Part shown: positions 27,745 through 43,300 of the stretch, piece after piece | How the letters are laid out: each line of letters opens with the position of its first letter | Position numbering within the stretch: position 1 is the first letter of the stretch | DNA from: Eledone cirrhosa | Taxonomy: Eukaryota | DNA: 64,000 bases | NCBI GenBank assembly: GCA_964016885.1 | Contig: OZ024744.1 | Coordinates: 45,880,001-45,944,000 of the forward strand | Direction: 5' to 3' | The notes under the pieces: generated by a model | Database searches by the model: none | What the model saw: only the letters and a program-made list of their open reading frames with translations | Told to the model about the DNA's origin: nothing | Position numbers and translations under genes: made by a program

Positions 27745-30700
27745 ATTATTCTTTTTTTTTAAAAGCATATAAATGTAAGTGGAGTTACTTAAATGAAATT
27801 ATTAGTTTTTTATTTTATTAAAGCATATAGATGTAAGTGGAGTTAGTTAAATGAAATTATTTTATTTTTTTTCACGCGTTTTTTATTTTTTTATTTTCTT
27901 ATTAACGCATATAGATGTAAGTGGAATTACTTTAATGAAATTTTGTTTTTATTACAGCATACAGATGTAAGTGGAGTTACTTAAATTAATTTTTTTATTT
28001 TTGTTTACTCTTTTTTTATTTTTTTTTATTAATGCATACAGATGTAAGTGGAGTTACTTAAATGAAATTATTTTTTTTTTTCACGCGTTTTTATTTTTTA
28101 ACTTTTTTCTTAAATTATATAGATGTAGGTGGAGTTACTTAAATGAAATTATTATTTTTTTTTATTAAAGCATATAAAAGTAAGTGGAGTTACTTAAATG
28201 AAAGTATTTTTTTTTATTAAAGCATGTAGATGTAAGTGGAGTTACTTAAATGAAAGTATTATTTTTTTTATTAAAGCATATAGATGTAAGTGGAGTTACT
28301 TAAATGAAATTATATTTTTATTGTTTTTATTAAAGCATATAGATGTAAGTGTAGGGTGTTACTTAAATGAAATTTTTTTTATCATGCGTTTTTTACTTAT
28401 TTATCTTTTTATAAAAGCATATAGTTGTAAGTGGAGTTACTTCACTGAAATTATTATTTTATTATTTATTAAAGCATATAGATGTAAGTGGTGTTACTTA
28501 AATAAAAAAAATTTTCACGCCTTTTTCAATTTTTATTTTTATTTTTATTTTTTTTGATATTTTTCTTTTTTTATTTGATATTTTTTTTTTATTAAAGCAT
28601 ATAGATGTAAGTGGAGTTCAAGGAAATTATTTTTTTTATTACAGCATATATATGTAAGTGGAGTTAGTTAAATTTATATTTTTTTATTTTTGTTTACTTA
28701 TTTTTAAATTTTTTATTTTTTCTTACAGCATACAGATGTAAGTGGGGTTACTTAAATGAAATTATTTTATTTTTTTCACGCGTTTTTATTTTTTTATTTT
28801 TCCATTAAAGCATATAGATGTAAGTGGAGTTACTTAAAAGACATTACTTTTTTCTAGCGTTTTTTATTTTTTTAAGTATATATATATAAGTGGAGATACT
28901 TAAATGAAAATGTTTTATTTTTTCACGCGTTTCTTATTTATTTTTTTTTCTTAAATTATTTTTTCTTTAAAGCATATAGATGTAAATGGAGTTAGTTAAA
29001 TGAAATTATTTTTTTTATTATTTTTAAAGCATATAGATGTAAGGTTAGTTACTTAATTGAAATTTTTTATTTTTTTCACGGGTTTATATTTTTTTATTTT
29101 TTTATTAACGCATATAGATGGAGTTACTTAAATGAAATTAATATTTTTTTTTGTTAATGCATATAGATGTAAGTGGAGTTACTTAAATGAAATTATATAT
29201 TTATTGTTTTTATTAAAGCATATAGATGTAATTGGAGTTACCTAAATAAAATTATAATTTTTTTATTTTATTAAATCATATAGAGGTAAGTGGAGGGTGT
29301 TACTTAAATGAAATTTTTTTTTTTCATGCGCTTTTTATTAATTTACCATTTTATAAAAGCATATAGAAGTGGAGTTACTTCACTGAAATTATTATTTTAT
29401 TATTTATTAAGGCATATAGATGTAAGTGGTGTTACTTAAATAAAAAAAAATTTTCATGCATTTTTTTTTTTTTTATAAATTTTTTTTAATTTATTTATTT
29501 TTTTTTTACTTTTTTTTTTTTTTATTAAAGCATGTAAATGTAAGTGGAGTTACTTCAATGAAATTATTTTTTTTTATTACAGCATATAGATGTAAGTGGA
29601 GTTACTTAAATTAATATTTTTTATTTTTGTTTACTTATTTTTTATTTCTTATTTTTTATTAAAGCATATCGATGTAAGTGGGGTTACTTAAATGAAATTA
29701 TTTTATTTTTTTTCACGCGTTGTAATTTTTTTATTTTTCCATTAAAGCCTATAGATGTAAGTGGAGTTAAAAGAAATTACTTTTTTCTAGCGTTTTTTAT
29801 TTTTTTGAAGTATATATATATAAGTGGACATACTTAAATGAAATTGTTTTATTTTTTTCACGCGTTTCGTATTTTTTTTTTTTCTTAAATTATATAGATG
29901 TAGGTGGAGTTACTTAAATGAAATTATTATTTTTTTTTTTAATAAAGCATATAAATGTAAGTGGAGTTACTTAAATGAAATTATTAGTTTTTTAATTTAT
30001 TAAAGCATATAGATGTAATCTAGTTACTTATATGAAACTATTATTTTTTTATTTTATTAAAGTATATAGATGTAAGTGAACTTACTTAAATGAAATTTTT
30101 TTTTTTTTCACGCGTCTTTATTTTTTTATTTTTTTATTGAAACATATAGATGTAAGTGTTTTTACCTAAATGAAATTAATTAATTTTTTCATTTATTAAA
30201 TCATATAGATGTAAGACGAGTTACTTAAATGAAATTATTATTTTTTTTATTTTATTAAAGCATATAGGTGTAAGTGAACTTAAATGAAATTTTTTTTTTT
30301 TCACGTGTTTTTACTTTTTAATTTATTATTTAAAGGATATAGATGTAAGTGGAGTTACTTAAAAGAAATATATTTTTTCTAGCGTTTTTTATTTTTTTTA
30401 AGTATATATATATAAATGGAGTTACTTAAATGAAAATGTATTTTTTTCACGCGTTTTTTCTTTTTTTTTTTCTTAAATTATATAGATGTAGGTGGACTTA
30501 CTTAAGTGAATTTATTATTTTTTTTTTCTATTAAAGCATATAAATGTAAGTGGAGTTACTTAAATGAAATTATTAGTTTTTTATTTTATTAAAGCATATA
30601 GATGTAAGTGGAGTTAGTTAAATGAAATTATTCTTTTTTTTTTCACGCGTTTTTTATTAAAGCATATAGATGTAACTGTAGTTACTTAAATGAAATTATT

Positions 30701-33429
30701 TTATTTTTTTATTTATTAAAGCATATAGATGTAAGTGGATTTACTTAAATGAATTTTTTTTTCACGCTTTTTTTTATTTTTTTATTTTTTCATTAAAGCA
30801 TATAGATGCAAGTGGATTTACTTAAATGAAATTAATTAATTTTTTTATTTATTAAAGCATATAGATGTAAGTGGAGTTATTTAAATGAAATTATTATTTT
30901 ATTTTATTAAAGCATATAGATGTAAGTAGACTTACAAACATTAAATTTTTTTTTTTTCAAGCGTTTTTATTTTTTTTTTTTTCATTAAATCATATAGATG
31001 TAAGTGGAGTTACTTAAAAGAAATTTCTTTTTTCTAGCGTTTTTTATTTTTTTAACGTATATATATATAAGTGGAGTTACTTAAATGTAAATGTTTTATT
31101 TTTTTCACGCGTTTATTATTTTTTTATTTTTTTATTAAATTATATAGATGTAGAGTTACTTAAATGAAATTATTATACTTTTTTTTTAAAGCATATAAAT
31201 GTAAGTGGAGTTACTTAAATGAAATTATTAGTTTTTTATTTTATTAAAGCATATAGATGTAAGTGGAGTTAGTTAAATGAAATGATTTTTTTTTTTTTCA
31301 CGCGTTTTTTATTTTTCTATTTTCTTATTAAATCATATAGATGTAAGTGGAGTTAGTTTAATGAAATTTTGTTTTTATTACAGCATACAGATGTAAGTGG
31401 AGTTACTTAAATTAATTTTTTTATTTTTGTTTACTCTTTTTTTATTTTTTTTTATTAATGCATACAGATGTATGTGGAGTTACTTAAATGAAATTTTTTT
31501 TTTTTTTTCACGCGTTTTTATTCTTTAATTTTTTTCTTAAATTATATAGATGTAGGTGGAGTTACTTAAATGAAATTATTATTTTTTTTTATTAAAGCAT
31601 ATAAAAGTAAGTGGAGTTACTTAAATGAAAGTATTTTTTTTTATTAAAGCATATAGATGTAAGTGGAGTTACTTAAATGAAAGTATTTTTTTTTATTAAA
31701 GCATATAGATGTAAGTGGAGTTACTTAAATGAAATTATATATTTATTGTTTTTATTAAAGCATATAGATGTAAGTGGAGTTACCTAAATGAAATTATTAT
31801 TTTTTTTATTTTATTAAAGCATATAGATGTAAGTGGAGGGGGTTACTTAAATGAAATTTTTTTTTATCATGCGTTTTTTACTTATTTATCTTTTTATAAA
31901 AGCATATAGTTGTAAGTGGAGTTACTTCACTGAAATTATTATTTTATTATTTATTAAAGCATATAGATGTAAGTGGTGTTACTTAAATAAAGAAAATTTT
32001 CACGCATTTTTCAATTTTTATTTTTATTTATTTTTATTTATTTTTTTGATCTTTTTTTTTTAATTTTTTTTTTTTTATTAAAGCATATAGATGTAAGTGG
32101 AGTTCAAGGAAATTATTTTTTTTTATTACAGCATATATATGTAAGTGGAGTTACTTAAATTAATATTTTTTATTTTTGTTTACTTATTTTTAATTTTTTA
32201 TTTTTTCTTAAAGCATACAGATGTAAGTGGGGTTACTTAAATGAAATTATTTTTTTTTTTCACGCGTTTTTATTTTTTTATTTTTCCATTAAAGCATATA
32301 GATATAAGTGGAGTTACTTAAAAGACATTACTTTTTTCTAGCATTTTTTATTTTTTTAAGTATATATATATAAGTGGAGATACTTAAATGAAAATGTTTT
32401 ATTTTTTCACGCGTTTCCTATTTTTTTTTTTCTTGAATTATTTTTTCATTAAAGCATATAGATGTAAGTGGAGTTACTTAAAAGAAATATCTTTTTTCTA
32501 GCGTTTTTTATTTTTTTAAAGGATATATATATAAATGGAGTTACTTAAATGAAAATGTTTTATTTTTTTCACACGTTTTTTTTTTTTTTTTTTTTCTTAA
32601 ATTATATAGATGTAGGTGGAGTTACTTAAATGAAATTATTATTTTTTTTTATTAAAGCATATAAATGTAAGTGGAGTTACTTAAATGAAATTATTAGTTT
32701 TTTTATTTTATTAAAGCATATAGATGTAAGTGGAGTTAGTTAAATGAAATTTTTTTTCTTTTTTCACGCGTTTTTTATTAAAGCATATAAATGTAACTGT
32801 AGTTACTTAAATAAAATTATTTTGTTTTTTCATTTATTAAAGCATATAGATGTAAGTGGAGTTACTTAAAAGAAATTTATTTTTTCTAGCGTTTTTTATT
32901 TTTTTAAAGTATATATATATAAATGGAGTTACTTAAATGAAAATGTTTTATTTTTTTCACGCGTTTTTTTGTTGTTTTTTTTCTTAAATTATATAGATGT
33001 AGGTGCAGTTACTTAAATGAATTTATTATTTTTTTTTTTATTAAAGCATATAAATGTAAGTGGAGTTACTTAAATGAAATTATTAGTTTTTTATTTTATT
33101 AAAGCATATAGATGTAAGTGGGGTTGCTTAAATGAAATTATTTTATTTTTTTTCATGCGTTTTTATTTTTTTATTTTTCCATTACAGCATATAGATGTAA
33201 GTGGAGTTACTTAAATGAAATTATTAGTTTTTTATTTTATTAAAGCATATAGATGTAACTGTAGTTACTTAAATGAAATTAATTATTTTTTTATTTATTA
33301 AATTATATAGATGTACGTGGAGTTACTTAAATGAAATTATAATTTTTTTATTTTATTAAAGCATATGATGTAAAATGAACTTACTTAAATGAAATTAATT
33401 AATTTTTTCATTTATTAAATCATATAGAT

Positions 33430-35370
33430 GTAAGTGGAGTTACTTAAATGAAATTATTATTTTTTATTTTATTAAAGCATATAGGTGTAAGTGAACTTAA
33501 ATGTAATTTTTTTTTCACGCGTTTTAATTTTTTTATTTTTTTATTTTTTCATTAAATCATATAGATGTAAGTGGAGTTACTTAAAAGAAATTTCTTTTTT
33601 CTAGCGTTTTTTATTTTTTTAACATATAAGTGGAGTTACTTAAATGAAAATGTTTTATTTTTTTCCCGCGTTTATTATTTTTTTGTAGGTGGAGTTACTT
33701 AAATGAAATTATTATTCTTTTTTTTTTAAAGCCTATAAATGTAAGTGCAGTTACTTAAATGAAATTATTAGTTTTTTATTTTATTAAAGCATGTAGATGT
33801 AAGTGGAGTTATTTAAATGAAATTATTTTATTTTTTTTCACGCGTTTTTTATTAAAGCATATAGATGTACCTGTAGTTACTTAAATGAAATTATATATTT
33901 ATTGTTTTTATTAAAGCATATAGATGTAAGTGGAGGGAGTTACTTAAATGAAATTTTTTTTTTCATGCGTTTTTTATTTATTCATCTTTTTATCAAAGCA
34001 TACAGATCTAAGTGGAGTTACTTCAATGAAATTATTATTTTTTTTATTTATTAAAGCATATAGATGTAAGTGGAGTAACTTAACTGAATTGTTTTGTTCC
34101 ACGCATTTTTTATTTTTTTTATTTTTTATTAAAGCATATAGATGTAGGTGGAGTTACTTAAATGAAATTATTATTTTTTTTTTTATTAAAGCATATAAAT
34201 GTAAGTGGAGTTACTTAAATGAAATTATTAGTTTTTTGTTTTATTAAAGCATATAGATGTAAGTGGAGACAGTTAAATGGAATTTTCTTTTTTCACGCAA
34301 TTTTTATTTTTTTATTAAAACATATAGATATAAGTGGAGTTATTTAAATGAAATTATTTTATTTTTTTATTTATTAAAGCATATAAATGTAAGTGTAGTT
34401 ACTTAAATGAAATTATTATTTTTTATTTTATTAAAGCATATAGGTGTAAGTGAACTTAAATGTAATTTTTTTTTCACGCGTTTTAATTTTTTTATTTTTT
34501 TATTTTTTCATTAAATCATATAGATGTATGTGGAGTTACTTAAAAGAAATTTCTTTTTTCTAGCGTTTTTTATTTTTTTAACATATAAGTGGAGTTACTT
34601 AAATGAAAATGTTTTATTTTTTTCCCGCGTTTATTATTTTTTTGTAGGTGGAGTTACTTAAATGAAATTATTATTCTTTTTTTTTTAAAGCCTATAAATG
34701 TAAGTGCAGTTACTTAAATGAAATTATTAGTTTTTTATTTTATTAAAGCATGTAGATGTAAGTGGAGTTATTTAAATGAAATTATTTTATTTTTTTTCAC
34801 GCGTTTTTTATTAAAGCATATAGATGTACCTGTAGTTACTTAAATGAAATTATATATTTATTGTTTTTATTAAAGCATATAGATGTAAGTGGAGGGAGTT
34901 ACTTAAATGAAATTTTTTTTTTCATGCGTTTTTTATTTATTCATCTTTTTATCAAAGCATACAGATCTAAGTGGAGTTACTTCAATGAAATTATTATTTT
35001 TTTTATTTATTAAAGCATATAGATGTAAGTGGAGTAACTTAACTGAATTGTTTTGTTCCACGCATTTTTTATTTTTTTTATTTTTTATTAAAGCATATAG
35101 ATGTAGGTGGAGTTACTTAAATGAAATTATTATTTTTTTTTTTATTAAAGCATATAAATGTAAGTGGAGTTACTTAAATGAAATTATTAGTTTTTTGTTT
35201 TATTAAAGCATATAGATGTAAGTGGAGACAGTTAAATGGAATTTTCTTTTTTCACGCAATTTTTATTTTTTTATTAAAACATATAGATATAAGTGGAGTT
35301 ATTTAAATGAAATTATTTTATTTTTTTATTTATTAAAGCATATAAATGTAAGTGTAGTTACTTAAATGAA
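33430..35370 (+). repeat. Tandem higher-order duplication, 959 bp period
   Basis: Identical 99-aa spurious ORFs start at 33948 and 34907. Confidence 0.9.
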
Positions 35371-35923
35371 ATTATTAGTTTTTTATTTTATTAAAGCATA
35401 TAGATGTAAGTGGAGTTAGTTAAATGAAATTTTTTTTTTTTTCACGCGTTTTTTATTTTTTTATTTTTTTATTAAAGCATATATATATAAGTGGAGTTAC
35501 TTTAATGAAATTTTGTTTTTATTACAGCATATAGATGTAAGTGGAGTTACTTAAATGAATTTTTTTATTTTTGTTTACTCTTTTTTTATTTATTTTTTTA
35601 TTAATGCATACAGATGTAAGTGGAGTTACTTAAATGAAATTATTATTTTTTTTTATTAAAGCATATAAAAGTAAGTGGAGTTACTTAAATGAAATTATTA
35701 ATTTTTTATTTTATTAAAGCATATAGATGTAAGTGGAGTTAGTTAAATGAACTTTTTTTATTTTTTTTCACGAGTTTTTTATATTATTATTTATTTTTTT
35801 ATTCAAGTATACAGATGAAAGTGGAGTTATCTATATGAAATCTTTTAATTTTTTTCACGGGGTTTTTATTTTTTTATTTAAGCATATACATGTAAGTGGA
35901 GTTACTTAAATGAAATTATTATA

Positions 35924-36110
35924 GGACGGTGGATTGGCAGTATTGGCAGAGGGTCGGATGCCATGCTTTGACGTATAGAGTTACGGCCCTTGCCATTCTG
36001 AGTTCAAATCCTGCCGAGGTTAACTTTGCCTTTCATCCTTACGGGGTCGATAAAATAAAGTACCAGTATTGCACTTGGTAATTGCTGGCCTTGTGCCTAA
36101 CGTTGAAACA
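35924..36110 (+). mobile_element. Full-length SINE copy (GGACGGTGGATTGGCAG 5' type)
   Basis: Same family with an intact 5' end, following AAATGAAATTATTATA. Confidence 0.82.
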
Positions 36111-39100
36111 GTTATTATTATTTTTTATTAAAGCATATAGGGATTACTGGAGTTACTTAAATGAAATTTTTTTTTTTTTCGCGCGTTTTTTATTTTTTTA
36201 TTTTAGCTTATAAATGAAAGTGGAGTTACTTAAATAAAAAATTTTCGTTTTTTTATTAAAGCATATAGATGCAAGTGGAGTTACTTAAATGAAATTAATT
36301 AATTTGTTTATTTATTAAAGCATATAGATGTTAGTGGAGTTATTTAAATGAAATTATTATTTTTTTATTTTATTAAAGCATATAGATGTAAGTGGAGGGT
36401 GTTACTTAAATGAAATTTTTTTTTATGATGCGTTTTTTATTTATTTATCTTTTTATAAAAGCATATAGATGTAAGTGGAGTTACTTCACTGAAGTTATTA
36501 CTTTATTATTTATTAAAGCATATAGATGTAGGTGGTGTTACTTAAATAATTTTTTTTCACCAATTTTTTATTTTTTTATTTTTTAAAAATTTTTTTTTTT
36601 ATTAATGCATGTAGATGTAAGTGGGGTTACTTAAATGAAATTATTAGTTTTTTATTTAATTAAAGCATATGTGGAGTTAGTTAAATGAAATTATTATTTT
36701 TTTTTTCACGCGTTTTTTATTTTTGTATTAACGCATATCGATGTAGGTGGAGTTACTTAAAGGAAATTTTTTTTTCATTAAAGCATATAGATGTAAGTGG
36801 AGTTACTTAAATGAAATTACTTAATTTTTTTTTTATTAAAGCATGTAGATGTGAGTGGAGTTATTTAAATGAAATTATTATTTTTTTTTATTAAAGCATA
36901 TAGATGTAAGTGAACTTACTTAACTGACATTTTTTTTTCACGCTTTTTTCTTTTTTTTTTTTTTCTTTAAAGCATATAGATGTAAGTGGAGTTACTTAAA
37001 AGAAATATATTTTTTCTAGCGTTTTTTATTTTTTAAAAATATATATATAAATGGAGTTACTTAAATGAAAATGTATTTTTTTCACGCGTTTTTTCTTTTT
37101 TTTTTTTAAATTACATAGATGTAGGTGGAGTTACTTAAATGAAATTATTATTTTTTTTTTTTATTAAAGCATATAAATGTAAGTTGAGTTACTTAATTGA
37201 AATTATTAGTTTTTTATTTTATTAAAGCATATAGATGTAACTGTAGTTACTTAAATGAAATTATTTTATGTTTTTATTTATTAAAGCATATAGATGTAAG
37301 TGGATTTACTTAAATGAATTTTTTTTCACGTTTTTTTTATTTTTTTATTTTTTTATTAAAGCATATAGATGTAAGTGGAGTTACTTAAATGAAATTACTT
37401 AATTTTTTTATTTATTAAAGCATATAGATGTAAGTGGATTTACATAAATGAAATTATTATTTTTTTTTATTAAAGCATATAGATGTAACTGTAGTTACTT
37501 AAATGAAATTATTTCATGTTTTTATTTATTAAAGCATATAGATGTAAGTGAACTTACTTAAATGAAATTTTTTTTTTCACGCGTTTTTATTTTTTTATTT
37601 TATATTTAAAGCATATAGATGTAAGTGGAGTTACATAAATGAATTTTTTTTTTCACGCTTATTTTTATTTTTATTTTGTTATTAAAGCATATAGATGTAA
37701 GTGGAGTTACATAAATGAAATTATTTTTTTCTTCACGCGTTGTTTATTTTTTTATTAAAGCATATCGATGTAGGTGGAGTTACTTAAATGAATTTTTTTT
37801 TCATTAAAGCATATAGATGCAAGTGGAGTTACTTAAATGAAATTAATTATTTTTTTAATTTATTAAAGCATTTAGATGTAAGTGAACTTATTTAAATGAA
37901 ATTATTATTTTATTTTATTAAAGCATATAGATGTAAGTGAACTTACATTAAATTTTTTTTTTTTCAAGCGTTTTTATTTTTTTATTTTTTCATTAAATCA
38001 TATAGATGGAGTTACTTAAAAGAAATTTCTTTTTTCTAGCGTTTTTTATTTTTTTAACATATAAGTGGAGTTACTTAAATGAAAATGTTTTATTTTTTTC
38101 CCGCGTTTATTATTTTTTTGTAGGTGGAGTTACTTAAATGAAATTATTATTCTTTTTTTTTTAAAGCATATAAATGTAAGTGCAGTTACTTAAATGAAAT
38201 TATTAGTTTTTTATTTTATTAAAGCATGTAGATGTAAGATGAGTTATTTAAATGAAATTATTTTATTTTTTTTCACGCGTTTTTTATTAAAGCATATAGA
38301 TGTACCTGTAGTTACTTAAATGAAATTATATATTTATTGTTTTTATTAAAGCATATAGATGTAAGTGGAGGGAGTTACTTAAATGAAATTTTTTTTTCAT
38401 GCGTTTTTTATTTTTTTATTAAAGCATATAGATGTAAGTGGAGTTACTTTAATGAAATTTTGTTTTTATTACAGCATATAGATGTAAGTGGAGTTACTTC
38501 AATTAATTTTTTTCATATTTGTTTACTCTTTTTTTATTTTTTTTTTTATTAATGCATACAGATGTAAGTGGAGTTACTTAAATGAAATTATTTTATTTTT
38601 TTTCACGCGTTTTTATTTTTTAATTTTTTTCTTAAATTATATAGATGTAGGTGGAGTTACTTAAATGAAATTATTATTTTTTTTTATTAAAGCATATAAA
38701 TGTAAGTGGAGTTACTTAAATGAAATTATTAGTTTTTTATTTTATTAAAGCATATAGATGTAAGTGGAGTTAGTTAAATGGAATTGTTTTTCAGCCATTT
38801 TTATTTTTTATTAAAGCATATAGATATAAGTGGAGTTATTTAAATGAAATAATTTATTTTTTTATTTATTAAACCATATAGATGTAAGTGGAGTTACTTA
38901 AATGAATTTGTTTTATTTCACGCATTTTTATTTTTTTATTTATTTATTTATTTATTTATTTTTTTTTTTTTATTAAAGCATATAGATGTAAGTGGAGTTA
39001 CTTAAATTAAATTTTTTTACATTTTTTCACCAGTTTTCTAGTTTTTAATTTAAGAATATAGATGCAAGTGGAGTTAAATTAAATTATTATTATTTTTTTT

Positions 39101-39293
39101 ATTAAAGCATTTAGATGTAAGTGGAGTTACTTAAATGAAATTTTTTTACTTTCTTTCACGAGTTGTTTAGTTTTTTATTAAAGCATATAGATGTAAATGG
39201 AGTTATTTAAATGAAATTTTTTCATTTTTTTTCAAGCGTTTATTATTTTTTTATTTTTTTATTAAAGCATATAGATGTAAGTGTAGTTACTTT

Positions 39294-39481
39294 TGTCAGA
39301 ATCGGTAGACGGTCGAACGCCATGCTTTGCAGCATAGAGTTAAAATCTGATCTGAGTTAAAATCTTATCTGAGTTCAAATCCTGCCGAGGTTAACTTTGC
39401 CTTTCATTTTTACGGGGTCGATAAAATAAAGTACCAGTAATCTACTGTGTAATTGTTGGCCTTGTGCCAAAGGTAGAAACA
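39294..39481 (+). mobile_element. tRNA-derived SINE copy
   Basis: Same variant as 16487 and 18718. Confidence 0.78.
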
Positions 39482-40359
39482 ATTTTTTTTTCTTATTAAA
39501 GCATATAGATGTAAGTGGCGTTACTAAGTTGAAATTTTTTTTTTTCACAATTTTTTTTATTTTTTTATGTTTTTATTTTTTTTATTAAAGTATACAGATG
39601 TAGATGGAGTTACTTAAATGAAGTTATATTTTTTTAAAAGCATATAGATGTAAGTGGAGTTAGTTAAATGAAATTATTTTTGTTATTATTTTTAAAGCAT
39701 ATAGATGTAAGGTTAATTACTTAATTGAAATTTTTTATTTTTTTATTTTTTTATTAACGCATATAGATGGAGTTACTTAAATGAAATTATTATTTTTTTT
39801 TCATTAAAGCATATAGATGTAAGTGGCGTTACTTAAATGTAATTATTATTTTTTTTTTATTAAAGCATATAGATGTAAGTGGTGTTACTTAAATGAAATT
39901 ATATATTTATTGTTTTTATTAAAGCATATAGATGTAAGTGGAATTACCTAAATAAAATTATTATTTTTTTATTTTATTAAATCACATAGATGTAAGTGGA
40001 GGGTGTTAATTAAATGAAATTTTTTTTTATCATGCGTTTTTTATTAATTTATCTTTTTATAAAAGCATATAGATGTAAGTGGAGTTACTTCACTGAAATT
40101 ATTATTTTATTATTTATTAAAGCATATAGATGTAAGTGGTGTTACTTAAATAAAAAAAAATTTTCACGCATTTTTTATTTTTTATTTATTTATTTTTTAT
40201 TTTTTTTTATTTTTTATTTTTTTTATTTATTTATTGATTTTTTATTTTTATTTTTTTAATTATTTTTTTTTTTATTAAAGCATGTAGATGTAAGTGGAGT
40301 TACTTAAATGAAATTAATTAATTTATTTATTTATTAAAGATGTAAGTGGAGTTACCTTT

Positions 40360-43300
40360 TGCAGAATCGGTAGAGGGTCGGACGCCATGCTTTGCAGCAT
40401 AGTGTTACGGCTCCTTCTGATCTGAGTTCAAATCCCGCCGAGGTTAACTTTGCCTTTCATCCTTACGGGGTTGATAAAATGAAGTACCAGTAATCTAAAT
40501 GAAATTTTTTTATTTTTTTCACGGGTTTTTTATTTTTTTATTTAAGCATATATATGTAAGTGGAGTTACTTAAATGAAATTATTATTTTTTTTTTTTTAT
40601 TAAAGCATATAGATGTAAGTGGAGTTACTTAAATGAAATTATTATTATTTTTTTTTATTAAAGCATATAGATGTAAGTGGAATTACTTAAATGACATCTT
40701 TTTATTTTTGTTCACGAGTTTTTTACTCTTTTATTAAAGCATATAGATGTAAGTGGGGTTTCTTAAATTAAATTATTATAGGGCGATGGATTGGCAGTAT
40801 TGGAAGAGGGTCGGACGCCATGCTTTGACCTATAGAGTTACGGCCCTTGCCATTCTGAGTACAAATTCCGCCGAGGTTAACTTTGCCTTTCATCCTTACG
40901 GGGTCGATAAAATAAAGTACCTGTAATGCACTGGGTTATTGTTGGCCTTGTGCCTAACGTAGAAACAATTATTATTATTTTTTATTACAGCATATAGAGA
41001 TTACTGGAGTTACTTAAATGATATTTTTTTATTCACGAGTTTTTTAGTCTTTTATTAAAGCATATAGATGTAAATGGAGTTTCTTTTTGCAGAATCGGTA
41101 GAGGGTCGGACACCATGCTTTGCAGCATAGAGTTACGGCTCCTTCTGATCTGAGTTCAAATCCTGCCGAGGTTAACTTTGCCTTTCATCCTTACGGGGTT
41201 GATAAAATGAAGTACCAGTAATCTACTGGGTATTTGCGGGCCTTGTGCCAATGGTAGTAATAATTATTTTTTTATCTTATTAAAGCATATATATGTAAGT
41301 GGAGTTACTTACATGAAGTTTTTTTCTTTTCTTTCAGGTGTTTTTTTTTTTTTTTTTTTTCTTAAAGCATAAAGATGAAAGTGGAGTTACCTAAATGAAA
41401 TTTTTTTATTTTTTTCACGGGCTTTTTATATTTTATTTAAGCATATAGATGTAAGTGGAGTTACTTAAATGAAATTATTATTATTTTTTATTATTAAAGC
41501 ATATAGAGGTAAGTGGAGTTACTTAAATGAAATTATTATTATTTTTTTTCATTAAAGCATATAGATGTAAGTGGAGTTACTTAAATGACATCTTTTTTTT
41601 TTTCACAGGTTTTTTAGTCTTTTATTAAAGCATATAGATGTAAGTGGATTACTTAAATGAAATTATTATAGGGCGGTGGATTGGCAGTATTGGGAGAGGG
41701 TCGGACGCCATGCTTTGACCTATAGAGTTACGGCCCTTGCCATTCTGAGTTCAAATCCCGCCGAAGTTAACTTTGCCTTTCATCCTTACGGGGTCGATAA
41801 AATAAAGTACCAGTAATCTACTTGGTAATTGCTGGCCTTGTCCCAATGGTAGGAACATTTTTTTTCCTTATTAAAGCATATAGATGTAAGTGGAGTTACT
41901 TAAATGAAATTTTTTTATTTTCTTTTACGAGTTTATTATTTTTTTATTTTTTTATTAAAGTATACAGATGTAAGTGGAGTTACCTAACTGAATTTTTTTT
42001 TTCACGAGTTTTTTATTTTTTTATTATTTTATTAAAGCATATAAATGTAAGTGGAGTTACTTAAATGAAATTATTATTATTTTATTTTATGAAAGCATAT
42101 AGATGTAAGTGGAGTTACTTTTTGCAGAATCGGTAGAGGGTCGGACGCCTTGCTTTGCAGCATAGAGTTACGGCTCCTTCTGATCTCAGTTCAAATCCCG
42201 CCGAGGTGAACTTTGCCTTTCATCCTACGAGGTCGATAAAATAAAGTACCAGTAATCTACTGAGTACTTTCTGGCCTTTAAATTAAAGTATACAGATATA
42301 AGTGGAGTTACTTAAGTGAAATTATTTTTTTTATTATTATTAAAGCATATAGATGTAAGTGGAGTTACCTAAATGAAATTTTTTAATTTTTTTAACGGGT
42401 TTTATATTTTTTTATTTAAGCATATACATGTAAGTGCAGTTACTTAAATGTAATTATTATAGGACGGTGGATTGGCAGTATTGGCAGAGGGTCGGATACC
42501 ATGCTTTGACGTATAGAGTTACGGCCCTTGCCATTCTGAGTTCAAATTCCGCCGAGGTTAACTTTGCCTTTCATCCTTACGGAGTCAATAAAATAAAGTA
42601 CTAGTAATGCACTGGCTAATTGTTGGCCTTGTGCCTAACGTAGAAACAATTATTATTTTTTTTTATTAAAGCATATAGAAGTAAGTGGAGTTACTTAAAT
42701 GAAATTATTATTATTTTTTTTATTAAACATGTAAATCTAAGTGGAGTTACTTAAATAAAATTATTATTATTTTTTTACTAAAGCATATAGATGTAAGTGG
42801 AGTTACTTAAATGAAATTATTATTATTTTTTTACTAAAGCATATAGATGTAAGTGGAGTTACTTAAATAAAATTATTATTATTTTTTTACTAAAGCATAT
42901 AGATGTAAGTGGAGTTACTTAAATGACAATTTTTTTTTTCACGAGTTTTTTAGTCTTTTATTAACGCATATAGATGTAAGTGGAGTTACTTAAATGAAAT
43001 TTTTTTCTTCCCGAGTTTTTTACTTTCTGATTAAAGCATATAGATGTAAGTGGAGTTAATTTTGGCAGAATCGGTAGAGGGTCGGACGCCATGCTTTGCA
43101 GCATATTGTTACGGCTCTTTCTTATCTGAGTTCAATTCCTGCCGATGTTCACTTTGCCTTTCATCGTTACTGGGTCGATAAAATAAAGTACCAGTAATCT
43201 ACTTGTAATTGCTGGCCTTGTGCCAATGGTAGAAACAATTATTTTTTCTTCTTATTAAAGTATACAGATGTAAGTGGAGTTACCTAAATGAAATTTTTTT

